A stretch of DNA of 64,000 nt, from positions 42,005 to 106,004 of the forward strand of contig JAZLAT010000017.1 of NCBI GenBank assembly GCA_045613345.1. Reading direction: 5' to 3'. Position 1 is the stretch's first letter. Each line of letters begins with the position of its first letter. The notes beneath the pieces were generated by a model, which did not search any database, was not told the origin of the DNA, and worked only from the letters and a program-made list of their open reading frames with translations. This DNA comes from Candidatus Enterousia sp. (GTDB lineage Bacteria; Pseudomonadota; Alphaproteobacteria; Rs-D84). Shown in pieces: positions 9,428 to 18,114 of this stretch. The position numbers and the translations under genes are program-made.

Positions 9428-11140
9428 ATGAACCTTTATAAATATGTATCAGAAAAATTAAATGAATCTTTGGGGGTGAACGTAAAATTAGAAGTTCCAC
9501 GCAATCGCGAATTTGGCGACTTTTCGACAAATGCGGCAATGGTTATGGCGAAAAGCGCGGGTAAAAATCCACGCGAAATTGCCAACGAGATAGTGCCACA
9601 AATTGAAAAATTGGATTTTGTGGAATCTGCATCTGTGGCGGGACCGGGATTTATAAACATTAAACTCCGCGATAATTTCTTGTGGGGGGTGGCAAAAACT
9701 GCCGCAGAAATCACACCCGCTGGAAAACCCGAAGTTATCGATATGGACTATGGTGCGTATAATGTTGCAAAATCTTTGCATATTGGGCATATGCGGACTT
9801 CTATTGTTGGCGATACTCTGTATCGTTTGGGACGCACCATTGGTCACAAGATGATTTCATATAATCATATGGGCGATTGGGGACGCTCCATGGGTTTTGT
9901 TATTGCCTGGATTGAAAAATTGCACCCCGATTGGCCTTTTTTTCAACCAGACTTCGATGCCAGCGGCGATTATTCCAAATATACATTTGATCCCGTCGAA
10001 TTAGACACATATTATCCGTCTGCGGCGGCATTGGCGAAAACCGACGAAGCGTTTTTGGAACATGCGCAAATTATCACCGCCGAATTGCAACAGGGACACC
10101 CGGGATATAATACTTTATATAATATTTTCATGCCGATTTCTTTGGCGTCAATGAACAAAACGGTCCGGGCATTAAACATCGTTCCTTTTGATCGCGATTT
10201 GGGTGAGCGTAACGCGGCAAAATATGTTGCGCCCGTGGAAAAAATGTTGCGTGACAAGAATTTGTTGGTAAAAAGCGACGGCGCCGAAGTCGTTGTGGTA
10301 AAACGTGATACCGATAATAAACCTATGCCTCCGGTTATGTTCTATAATTCCCGCGGCGCGACACCATATGACGCAACCGATATTATGGCATTGTATTACA
10401 GAAAAATTACCGATAACCCGGACCGCGTTATATACCTTACCGATTCGCGGCAATCTCTGCATTTTGAACAACTGTTCCGCGTTGCCGAATTGCTGAACAT
10501 GTTTCCGACCGATTCGCTGGAACACATTGGATATGGCACAATAAACGGCGCGGACGGCAAACCGTTCAAGACCCGCGACGGAAATGCGGCGGGGCTGAAT
10601 GACATTATTGAAATGGTGCGCGATGCGGTACGTGCACGCGTTACCGAATCGGGCAAAGATTTGGACAACGACACAATTGAATCTATTGCGCTGGCGGCAT
10701 TAAAGTTCAACGATTTGTCGCATGACTTGCGCGCAGATTATATATTTGAACCGACGCAAATCACTTCATTCGAAGGACGCACCGGTCCATACATATTATA
10801 CACTGCGGTGCGTTTAAATTCGGTTCTGCGCCGTGCCGGTGAATTTGATATGCCGAAATCTGCGACATTTGGTGCCGACGAACGCGCACTGATTATGGAA
10901 TTGTTGGATTTTGATCGAACAGTTCATGCGGCATTTGAAAGCCGGGCAACTGATTTAATTGCAAATTACGCATATGATTTGTGCCAATTGATAAATGTTT
11001 TTTATCATAATTGCCCTATTCTGCGTGATGATGTTCCGGCGGACGCGCGTAACACAAGATTGACGTTGGTTAAAATCGCCGTTGAAGTATTGGATCGCAC
11101 ACTTGATTTAATGGGCCTGAACATCCCGACGGCAATGTAA
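9428..11140 (+). CDS. argS: arginine--tRNA ligase
   Basis: HIGH-type motif SLHIGHMRTS, class I core and the DALR anticodon-binding C-terminus. Confidence 0.9.
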   Translation: MNLYKYVSEKLNESLGVNVKLEVPRNREFGDFSTNAAMVMAKSAGKNPREIANEIVPQIEKLDFVESASVAGPGFINIKLRDNFLWGVAKTAAEITPAGKPEVIDMDYGAYNVAKSLHIGHMRTSIVGDTLYRLGRTIGHKMISYNHMGDWGRSMGFVIAWIEKLHPDWPFFQPDFDASGDYSKYTFDPVELDTYYPSAAALAKTDEAFLEHAQIITAELQQGHPGYNTLYNIFMPISLASMNKTVRALNIVPFDRDLGERNAAKYVAPVEKMLRDKNLLVKSDGAEVVVVKRDTDNKPMPPVMFYNSRGATPYDATDIMALYYRKITDNPDRVIYLTDSRQSLHFEQLFRVAELLNMFPTDSLEHIGYGTINGADGKPFKTRDGNAAGLNDIIEMVRDAVRARVTESGKDLDNDTIESIALAALKFNDLSHDLRADYIFEPTQITSFEGRTGPYILYTAVRLNSVLRRAGEFDMPKSATFGADERALIMELLDFDRTVHAAFESRATDLIANYAYDLCQLINVFYHNCPILRDDVPADARNTRLTLVKIAVEVLDRTLDLMGLNIPTAM

Positions 11141-11145
11141 TGTTT

Positions 11146-11250
11146 TAGTGATTAGTGTTAGTGCAAGTGGTTAGTAGTATCTGGAACAAGCCCATAATTA
11201 CGGAATAATTCCAGAGAAACACTAACCACTATCACTATCCACTAACACTT
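11146..11250. repeat. palindromic intergenic element, copy E2
   Basis: tagtgattagtgttagtgcaagtggttag..tctggaa..ttccaga..ctaaccactatcactatccactaacac. Begins 6 nt after the argS stop. Confidence 0.9.
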
Positions 11251-11307
11251 TTTCCTTGTCCCGTATGCCAAAATTTGATAGAATAGGGCATACGGGAGTC
11301 AAGGAAA

Positions 11308-13569
11308 ATGAGAAAATTACTGTTTATTGCCTGTTTGTTATGTGTTTTTACGCCGGTATGGTCGGTGGCGATTGCCGCACCAACCACGGCAAATTTCAGT
11401 ATTCATTGCACCGATCCCGCAGATGTAAACTGTGAACTTATTAATAGCAATTCCGACAGCATAATAAACATCAATGATTGCGCAACCCTTATAAAAAAGA
11501 AAAGCACAAAACCGGGGGCCGGTAAAGCGTATTTAATTAAACATGAACTACTGGGATGTAAAGAACTTGGGAAAAAACATGAGCCCCTTGAGGGATCGAT
11601 ATGCAAAAAATACTTTTATGCAGAGATCAAGTATATCGGTGCAAATATGGATTTTTTGGTGACTTGCAACGACGAAACAACATATACAAAAACATACGAT
11701 TCCGCACAAACCGTAGATGTATCAGATTACGCCAATTGGTCATATGAAAAAAAATTATGTATTAGCAGTGGTGGTAAATATGGAACATCTTGCAAATGTG
11801 ATGGATATTTTCATATACCGACACCCGACGCTGATAATGGCTGCATATGCCAGTATCTAGATTTCCAATTTATCAGCAGCTTCAACGGCGTTTGTGCTGA
11901 TTTGGTGCCTAGCTGCACCACTTCGGGTGGCGATTGGGATAAGAAAAAAGACAAGTGCATATGCGACAAGAGTCAAAAACACTTGATACCAATGGCATCA
12001 TCAAACAGTGCGGACAACTTTGGATGTAAATGTGATAACGGGTATAAATGGATTGACCCAATAAGAAAGGAACTTGGGTGCGTGGCGAAAAACGAAAATT
12101 TGACATTAAACTTGACTGTACAAGACAACTCGAACAAGCCCTTGGCAGATGTTTCTGTCACATACAGTGACGAAAGTGGCAAAGAATATAAATCAAACAC
12201 CGACAACAGTGGTAAAATAACACTTACAAACATTTCACCAACAACACTGATACAATTTATAAAATCCGGCTATGCGCCATCAACACATCTTGCCACAGAA
12301 TTAAAAAATACCGTAGTATTACAACAAAAAGACCTTGGGACATACCATGCATGCTTGGGACAAAAATTGGATTCATCGCGCCAAGGCAAACAAATTCAAA
12401 TTGACCAAGATAGTTATGCATATTGTGATGATACGGTAGAAAATGACTGTAAAGAAAATGATCTGGTAAAAAGTATTGATAATGAAATATATAAGTGCAC
12501 TGGCAAACAATGGAAACGATATTCGGATATTTCAAATTGCGATGATGGGGTATTTCGACATCAATATGAAAAAATCGATAAAGAAGGGTCAACAGTATGG
12601 GCTTTCATGCAAAAACACCTAAGAAACAAGTCAGATGGCAAGGTTTATAACAGTATTGCGCTAAGTGATATTTGCGAAATTCAAGACATTAATGATTATT
12701 GTAACAAACATGAAGGAGCTTCCTTCGTATATAGAAATAAATTTTGCAACAAATCTCAAAATGAACAATTCGAACAAACCGATGGTGGCGAAGTGGATGA
12801 AACAGAAACCCTTGAAGAAGAAGTCGAAGATCCGCAAGCAAAACCGAACGCGCCTGGTGAGGCCGTGACCCCAGCAGTCAATGAAGAACCAGGGGTTGCC
12901 GCGGCGGTGACTGCATTGACGGGCGATAACATACCAAATATATCAAATGTGGATTACGATGAAATTATCAAAAACGCGGAAGAAGCATACCAAGATGCAC
13001 ACGATAAAGAGCAATCAGTTGCAAATCGGCTTGTAACAGGTGTGTCAACTGCGGCGACCGGGCTTGGTGCGATGCAGGCGGCATCCGCATTAGCAAAACA
13101 ACGTGTACTGGCGGAATCAGAAAATGATATGAAAAAGTATCTTAGCACGTTTAAATGTGAATATGGTACGGGACAATCGGTTGATTACGGCGCCACAGAA
13201 ACCTTGATGCCTGGCGATTTGTTAGATTATTATAAAGAATATGAAGACGTTGCTGATTCATTGAAAGCAACTAAAACCGCATTGGGATTACGCGACGGAA
13301 TTGAATCTGAGGTTTTGTATAAAGACAGCAACCTTTATCAGTACACAACCAAAGAACGCCAAACAACATTCAGTGACGATGTATTCTCGTTGGCGCGGGC
13401 AATGACCGACAACGACAGCGACGATGCCACGGCATTGGCCGCACAAAAAGAACAAAATGAAAAACAGTTAAAAGTCGGCGGATATACCACACTTGGCGGT
13501 CTTGCAGTTGGTGTTGGTGGAAACCTGTTGATAGATCATATCAATAATAAAGATAAAGAAAACAAATAA
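11308..13569 (+). CDS. large secreted Cys-rich protein with CxC..GY (EGF-like) modules and a Gly-rich hydrophobic C-terminus
   Basis: Signal peptide MRKLLFIACLLCVFTPVWSVAIA. Repeated CKCDGYF, GCICQY, KCICDK and GCKCDNGYKW. Acidic linker and a C-terminal GGYTTLGGLAVGVGGNLL. Confidence 0.75.
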   Translation: MRKLLFIACLLCVFTPVWSVAIAAPTTANFSIHCTDPADVNCELINSNSDSIININDCATLIKKKSTKPGAGKAYLIKHELLGCKELGKKHEPLEGSICKKYFYAEIKYIGANMDFLVTCNDETTYTKTYDSAQTVDVSDYANWSYEKKLCISSGGKYGTSCKCDGYFHIPTPDADNGCICQYLDFQFISSFNGVCADLVPSCTTSGGDWDKKKDKCICDKSQKHLIPMASSNSADNFGCKCDNGYKWIDPIRKELGCVAKNENLTLNLTVQDNSNKPLADVSVTYSDESGKEYKSNTDNSGKITLTNISPTTLIQFIKSGYAPSTHLATELKNTVVLQQKDLGTYHACLGQKLDSSRQGKQIQIDQDSYAYCDDTVENDCKENDLVKSIDNEIYKCTGKQWKRYSDISNCDDGVFRHQYEKIDKEGSTVWAFMQKHLRNKSDGKVYNSIALSDICEIQDINDYCNKHEGASFVYRNKFCNKSQNEQFEQTDGGEVDETETLEEEVEDPQAKPNAPGEAVTPAVNEEPGVAAAVTALTGDNIPNISNVDYDEIIKNAEEAYQDAHDKEQSVANRLVTGVSTAATGLGAMQAASALAKQRVLAESENDMKKYLSTFKCEYGTGQSVDYGATETLMPGDLLDYYKEYEDVADSLKATKTALGLRDGIESEVLYKDSNLYQYTTKERQTTFSDDVFSLARAMTDNDSDDATALAAQKEQNEKQLKVGGYTTLGGLAVGVGGNLLIDHINNKDKENK

Positions 13570-13583
13570 CATCAAAACGCTTA

Positions 13584-13659
13584 ATCCGTTATACCCACGA
13601 TAAAATTAAAAATGACCCTTTGGGTCATTTTTCAATTTTATGGTCGGGGCGACAGGAAT
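13584..13659. repeat. 76-bp direct repeat, copy A (includes a copy of the tRNA-Pro 3' end)
   Basis: Identical to 13751-13826: atccgttatacccacgataaaattaaaaatgaccctttgggtcatttttcaattttatggtcggggcgacaggaat. Confidence 0.95.
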
Positions 13660-13750
13660 GTAATTCCCACCACCTTTGGTGGCGGGCCCCTTTCACTGCG
13701 CACCTACGGTGCTTGTTCCGAACCTACATTGCTTCGCAATGCGATGTTTG

Positions 13751-13826
13751 ATCCGTTATACCCACGATAAAATTAAAAATGACCCTTTGGGTCATTTTTC
13801 AATTTTATGGTCGGGGCGACAGGAAT
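13751..13826. repeat. 76-bp direct repeat, copy B (overlaps the real tRNA-Pro 3' end)
   Basis: Perfect match to copy A. Its last 19 nt are the 3' end of tRNA-Pro(GGG). Confidence 0.95.
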
Positions 13827-13884
13827 CGAACCTGCGACCCCTTGCACCCCATGCAAGTACTCTACCAGGCTGAGCTACGCCCCG
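13808..13884 (-). tRNA. tRNA-Pro (anticodon GGG)
   Basis: CGGGGCGTAGCTCAGCCTGGTAGAG..CTTGC-ATGGGGT-GCAAG..GGTTCGATTCC..CGCCCCGACCA. Cloverleaf was folded by eye. Confidence 0.9.
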
Positions 13885-13966
13885 ACGACGAATTTTATAT
13901 TAAACCAAGATTATACAAAACACAAATATTTTTTATCATAAAAAATCCGCCATTTGGCGGACTTTT

Positions 13967-14209
13967 TTACATCAATGCAGAAATCAATATTGCGGTTGCG
14001 ATAATAAAATCGCCTGTATCCGCATGATGATGATGGTGATGATGCGGTCGCACATGATGATGCGAATGCGGTGCCGGCGCAACATGCACAACCGTATGCG
14101 ATGGCTGCGAATGATGCACACCACCGTGCCCATGTCCCGCAAAAGCAGAACCCGACGACAAACATGCTGCCACAACACCAACCATTACTAATGAAAAGCA
14201 TTTCTTCAT
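13967..14209 (-). CDS. small secreted histidine-rich protein
   Basis: AAGGAG RBS before the ATG at 14209. Signal peptide MKKCFSLVMVGVVAACLSSGSAFA followed by GHGHGGVHHSQPSH..HSHHHVRPHHHHHHHAD. Confidence 0.6.
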   Translation of the reverse strand: MKKCFSLVMVGVVAACLSSGSAFAGHGHGGVHHSQPSHTVVHVAPAPHSHHHVRPHHHHHHHADTGDFIIATAILISALM

Positions 14210-14376
14210 ATTTTGCTCCTTTGCTTCAAATTCATTATATATTATAATGATTATAAATTGCAAGCAATTTTTTATAAAAAATTAAATTTTTTACTTGCGT
14301 AAAGTGGCAAAAAGTTTCTATATTCCCGTATCAGGTCAAAAAAATAGTTCATAACAACCAGAAAGGGAGGAAACTT

Positions 14377-14754
14377 ATGATTGTTGGTATTGGAATTGAT
14401 TTGGTCGAATCGGGTCGGTTCTTGGATTGGTCCGCATTCAAAAAACAACGCATATTTACCAAGAAAGAATTGGAATATGCCGAAGCCGACGGCGCAAACG
14501 CCGAAAAACATTTGGCAAATTTCTGGGCGGCACGCGAAGCATGCCTTAAAGCAATGGGAACCGGATTCGGTGAAGATATTACTTTTTCCGACATATCGGT
14601 TATGCACGATGATAACGGGCATCCGGAAGTTATGATTGCGGGTGGCGCACGCGCAAAACTTAAAGAAATGGCGGGAATGACCGCACGCGTTCACCTTTCT
14701 ATTACCGATCAAGATAATTTTTCGGCGGCAATAGTAGTAATCGAAAAAGAATAA
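14377..14754 (+). CDS. acpS: holo-[acyl-carrier-protein] synthase
   Basis: MIVGIGIDLVE N-terminus, the FAAREACLKA motif and the correct size (125 aa). Confidence 0.9.
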   Translation: MIVGIGIDLVESGRFLDWSAFKKQRIFTKKELEYAEADGANAEKHLANFWAAREACLKAMGTGFGEDITFSDISVMHDDNGHPEVMIAGGARAKLKEMAGMTARVHLSITDQDNFSAAIVVIEKE

Positions 14755-14768
14755 TAAACCACAATGAG

Positions 14769-14806
14769 CAAAAAAAAATATCACACATTTCTGTGTGATA
14801 TTTTTT
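14769..14806. terminator. bidirectional hairpin terminator between acpS and the convergent 14805 gene
   Basis: A-run, ATATCACACA, loop TTTC, TGTGTGATAT, T-run. Confidence 0.6.
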
Positions 14807-16802
14807 AATATTCGGTTTCATCATAACTGATACTGTATTGTCCACCGTCGTGTATGCTGACATCGCGGCGGATTTCCGGACCAACCTGGGCATCCGTACC
14901 GAAACGGGCATTCGCGTCAACAAAGCCCCCCATATCATCGGTATAATATTCATTATAATCATCATACGCTTCGAAACCCATACCATCATCATAATATTCT
15001 GGTTCCGCGCTTATTGGTTGGACCGGCACAGATACAATATCGTCTTCAAATATAACATCCGGCGCGCTCACATTCGTCACACGGACGACGGGCTCTGGCG
15101 CATACACCGTTTTATCTTCGCGCGAAACACCATACGCACCTTTGCGCGCCAAAACGCTTTCTTCGTCTTCAACAACCGGCACATCGGGTTCCGCCGCGAC
15201 CAAGATATCTTCGTTGGGATATACTATCTTAATCGGCGCTTCGGATGTCGATACAGGTTCGGGTTCCGATACCACCGGTTCGGGTTCAGGTTCAGGCATT
15301 ACTGGTTCTGGTTCGGATTCCGATTCGGGTTCTGGCATAACTGGTTCTGGCTGGGGCGCAGGGACAGCAACCGGTTCGGGTTCCGGGGCACCACGAGATA
15401 ATACATCAGGCCGAGTCATGACAACTGTGTCACCAATGGACGGCACCGTACCACCATTCTTTTTCTGGTAAAGCCACAATGTAAACACCGATAATGCAAT
15501 CAATAATATCAAAAGCAAATAATATGCCGCCGAAGGCTTTGAACGCACATAATCACCGCCCACCGGTCGAACCGCACCACCCGTAATCGGCGACAACGGT
15601 CGCGCAGATGCCGCCGGAGCACTTGACTGTTGCGGTCGCGAAACAGGCACGGTTGCAACATTATCATATTGATTTACCGTTGCGTCATCATCTTGCACCG
15701 AATCGCCAACACCAGACGACGGAACACTTTGAATAGATTCCAACACAGGTTCGTCTTGCGACACCGATTCGGTTTCATGGTATTCAACCGATTCGGACAT
15801 ATCATCAAAGTCCGGTGCCGAAACATCTTGTTTTACGCGAGGCTCTGTATGTTCCGGGGCGGTTAAACGCGGTTTAATATCATCAAACTCCACCGGTTTG
15901 AACGCAATTTCATCATCCAAAATCTCTGGATCTTTATCGAACAAAGGCTTTACTTCTTCTGTATCAGACATTTTTTCTTCCCTTGGTTGTAATTCATATT
16001 CCGGAACGACCATTATCGGTGTATCGGTCGCCACGATTGGTTTAGATTCAACTTTTGAATTTTCTTTACCTTTTACTTTACCCACAATTTTTTCATTGAA
16101 TTTTGGACGATGCCGCGCCAACAAAGCCCGTGCAGTGTCCGCATCTTCGCGCGCAACTTTGATACGATGACGCGCATTTTCGATTCGTTTCTTGGCACGC
16201 GCAACTTTCTCGTTTGTGTTTTCAATGCGATATTCAGACCGTAAAATTTTCGCCGCCGATTGCTTGGTTGGTTCTTTGCCAACATTTGCCCGCTGTTTAG
16301 CCAATTTGTTTTGTGTTTCATCCAAACGAAAGCCAAGCCCACGAATTGTCCGCTTTGCGCGTTCAATCGTGTTATTGGCGCGTTCAATTATATCTTCGGC
16401 AACCGACAATCTTTCCGTCGCAGCACGCCGCACCGCCGCATCACGAAAATCATACAAATTTGCCAAAACCGCACCAACATCGCCACCATCAGTGTACGCA
16501 TGTATAAGATTTTCATAAATCCCAAGCCCGTCATATTCTATATCGATTTTTTGATAAAGATTATCGCGACGCGGACGAACCGTTTCCAAATCCATGTTAT
16601 AATCATTGACCAAAACATCATCCCATTTACGATTCCCATGGGCATCAATAACCAACAAAACATTATCTTTGTAATCGTCAAGTGTATCATCAACAATCAA
16701 AACCAACTTGCCACCCTTGGTGCGCCACGCACGGAAAGAGTTGCCAGCAATATCATATTCTGTTATATACAACTTTGGAAAAATTTTTCTCTCGCGCGGC
16801 AT
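14805..16802 (-). CDS. bitopic membrane protein: N-terminal domain, coiled coil, TM helix, Pro/Glu repeat region
   Basis: Start MPRERKIF is chosen so the gene does not overlap gcrA. Coiled-coil ERANNTIERAKRTIRGL.., TM AAYYLLLILLIALSVFTLWLY, and PEPEPV/MPEPE repeats. Confidence 0.7.
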   Translation of the reverse strand: MPRERKIFPKLYITEYDIAGNSFRAWRTKGGKLVLIVDDTLDDYKDNVLLVIDAHGNRKWDDVLVNDYNMDLETVRPRRDNLYQKIDIEYDGLGIYENLIHAYTDGGDVGAVLANLYDFRDAAVRRAATERLSVAEDIIERANNTIERAKRTIRGLGFRLDETQNKLAKQRANVGKEPTKQSAAKILRSEYRIENTNEKVARAKKRIENARHRIKVAREDADTARALLARHRPKFNEKIVGKVKGKENSKVESKPIVATDTPIMVVPEYELQPREEKMSDTEEVKPLFDKDPEILDDEIAFKPVEFDDIKPRLTAPEHTEPRVKQDVSAPDFDDMSESVEYHETESVSQDEPVLESIQSVPSSGVGDSVQDDDATVNQYDNVATVPVSRPQQSSAPAASARPLSPITGGAVRPVGGDYVRSKPSAAYYLLLILLIALSVFTLWLYQKKNGGTVPSIGDTVVMTRPDVLSRGAPEPEPVAVPAPQPEPVMPEPESESEPEPVMPEPEPEPVVSEPEPVSTSEAPIKIVYPNEDILVAAEPDVPVVEDEESVLARKGAYGVSREDKTVYAPEPVVRVTNVSAPDVIFEDDIVSVPVQPISAEPEYYDDGMGFEAYDDYNEYYTDDMGGFVDANARFGTDAQVGPEIRRDVSIHDGGQYSISYDETEY

Positions 16803-16825
16803 ATACCGTTTCCCCCTTGTGTTTC

Positions 16826-17533
16826 CTATTTCTTTTTTGGCGGTGCAAATTGATACGCCATTTTGCAATGCTCGTAACAATAAGGTTTGCCCACAAAAAC
16901 CGTATTGCCACAGAAATGGAAATTATCAGAATCCGGATCACCAATCGGCCACCGACACTGATTCGGTTTTAAATTTGCCATTTCCAAAGCATGCTGAACA
17001 ATACGTTGATGTGCCGCACCACCGCGTCCCGCAATCGGACGACCAACCGCAGCCTGTTTCGGTTCAGGTTTTGATTCCTGGTTTGTAACTTGTTTGACTT
17101 TTTTCGTATCAATCGGTTTTGATTTTGCTTTTTCTGCAACAGGCTTTTTAATATCCGGGGCAGATTTTAAAGGCTTTTTAATAACAGCCTTGGGCACAGG
17201 CTTTTGAAGTTTTTTTTCGGTTTTTTTCGGTGCAACTTTTTTTGCAACAACCTTTTTCGCAACAGGCTTTTTTTCTGTTACATTTTTCTTTGCGGCGACT
17301 TTTTTGGTCACAACCTTGACCGGCTTTGTTTTCACCCCAGTCTTTTCTTTCACCACACCTTTCTCAGACTTGCCGTCTTCGGTCGCTTTGGGATTCCAAC
17401 CCATACGATGCATTTTTCCAACAATTGCATTCTTGGACAAGCCCAAACGCTTACCAATTTCGGCGGCCGACAAACCGCGATCTTTCAAAGATTTTAACTT
17501 TTTCAAAATACCTTTATCCCACGACTTACTCAT
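16826..17533 (-). CDS. gcrA: cell-cycle transcriptional regulator GcrA
   Basis: N-terminus SWDKGILKKLKSL..GLSAAEIGKRLG..KNAIVGKMHRMGW, a Lys-rich linker, and C-terminus CRWPIGDP..FHFCG..YCYEHCKMAYQ. Confidence 0.9.
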   Translation of the reverse strand: MSKSWDKGILKKLKSLKDRGLSAAEIGKRLGLSKNAIVGKMHRMGWNPKATEDGKSEKGVVKEKTGVKTKPVKVVTKKVAAKKNVTEKKPVAKKVVAKKVAPKKTEKKLQKPVPKAVIKKPLKSAPDIKKPVAEKAKSKPIDTKKVKQVTNQESKPEPKQAAVGRPIAGRGGAAHQRIVQHALEMANLKPNQCRWPIGDPDSDNFHFCGNTVFVGKPYCYEHCKMAYQFAPPKKK

Positions 17534-17608
17534 TTTATATAAACCTTTTTGAATTCTTATGATATAATAGTGTATCACAAAAACGAATCGAAACGCAAGG
17601 GGTAAAAT

Positions 17609-18088
17609 ATGTTTTTATACATTTTTTGGACATTTTTCATAATATTAAACTTATTGGCATTGTACCTGTGCTGGCGGATTAGTGTTGCCGATATGCGTCG
17701 CCGAATTATCCCGGACGCGTATCTTTTTCCGTTGCTGGTTATTGGTGCAATCATAACGACCTTTTTCCCGTGGACACACGATATTGCCGCAGGCGTAATT
17801 GGCATGGCATTTGGATATATAATGGCGGCAGTTACCGGGTTGATTTTTGCCAAAATAGTATCAAAACGCAATCCAACCGCGGACAACCCCATCGGTATGG
17901 GCGACATAAAACTGATTTCGGTCGGCGGACTTTGGTGCGGTCCCACCGGTTTGGCAATAAGTTTGGTATTGGCGTGCATATTTGGCGCCGCATGGGCATA
18001 TCGCAAAAAACAGAAATTTATTCCTTTTGCACCATTTTTCATAATCGGTGGAATTTTGTCTTTGATTATAATGGCGTTTCTGGTATAA
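17609..18088 (+). CDS. A24-family prepilin peptidase, CpaA/TadV-type (peptidase domain only)
   Basis: Polytopic, 159 aa. Carries RRIIPD and the GMGDIKL (GxGD) catalytic Asp motifs. Confidence 0.7.
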   Translation: MFLYIFWTFFIILNLLALYLCWRISVADMRRRIIPDAYLFPLLVIGAIITTFFPWTHDIAAGVIGMAFGYIMAAVTGLIFAKIVSKRNPTADNPIGMGDIKLISVGGLWCGPTGLAISLVLACIFGAAWAYRKKQKFIPFAPFFIIGGILSLIIMAFLV

Positions 18089-18114
18089 TAAGAAAGAGTT
18101 AGGGAGCAGGGCGA

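Noticed and set aside
13676-14027. ORFs 13676-13873 and 13779-14027.
   Set aside because: They read through the tRNA-Pro(GGG) gene and the duplicated att-like repeat. The ..GRQESNLRPLAPHASTLPG peptide is simply antisense tRNA.
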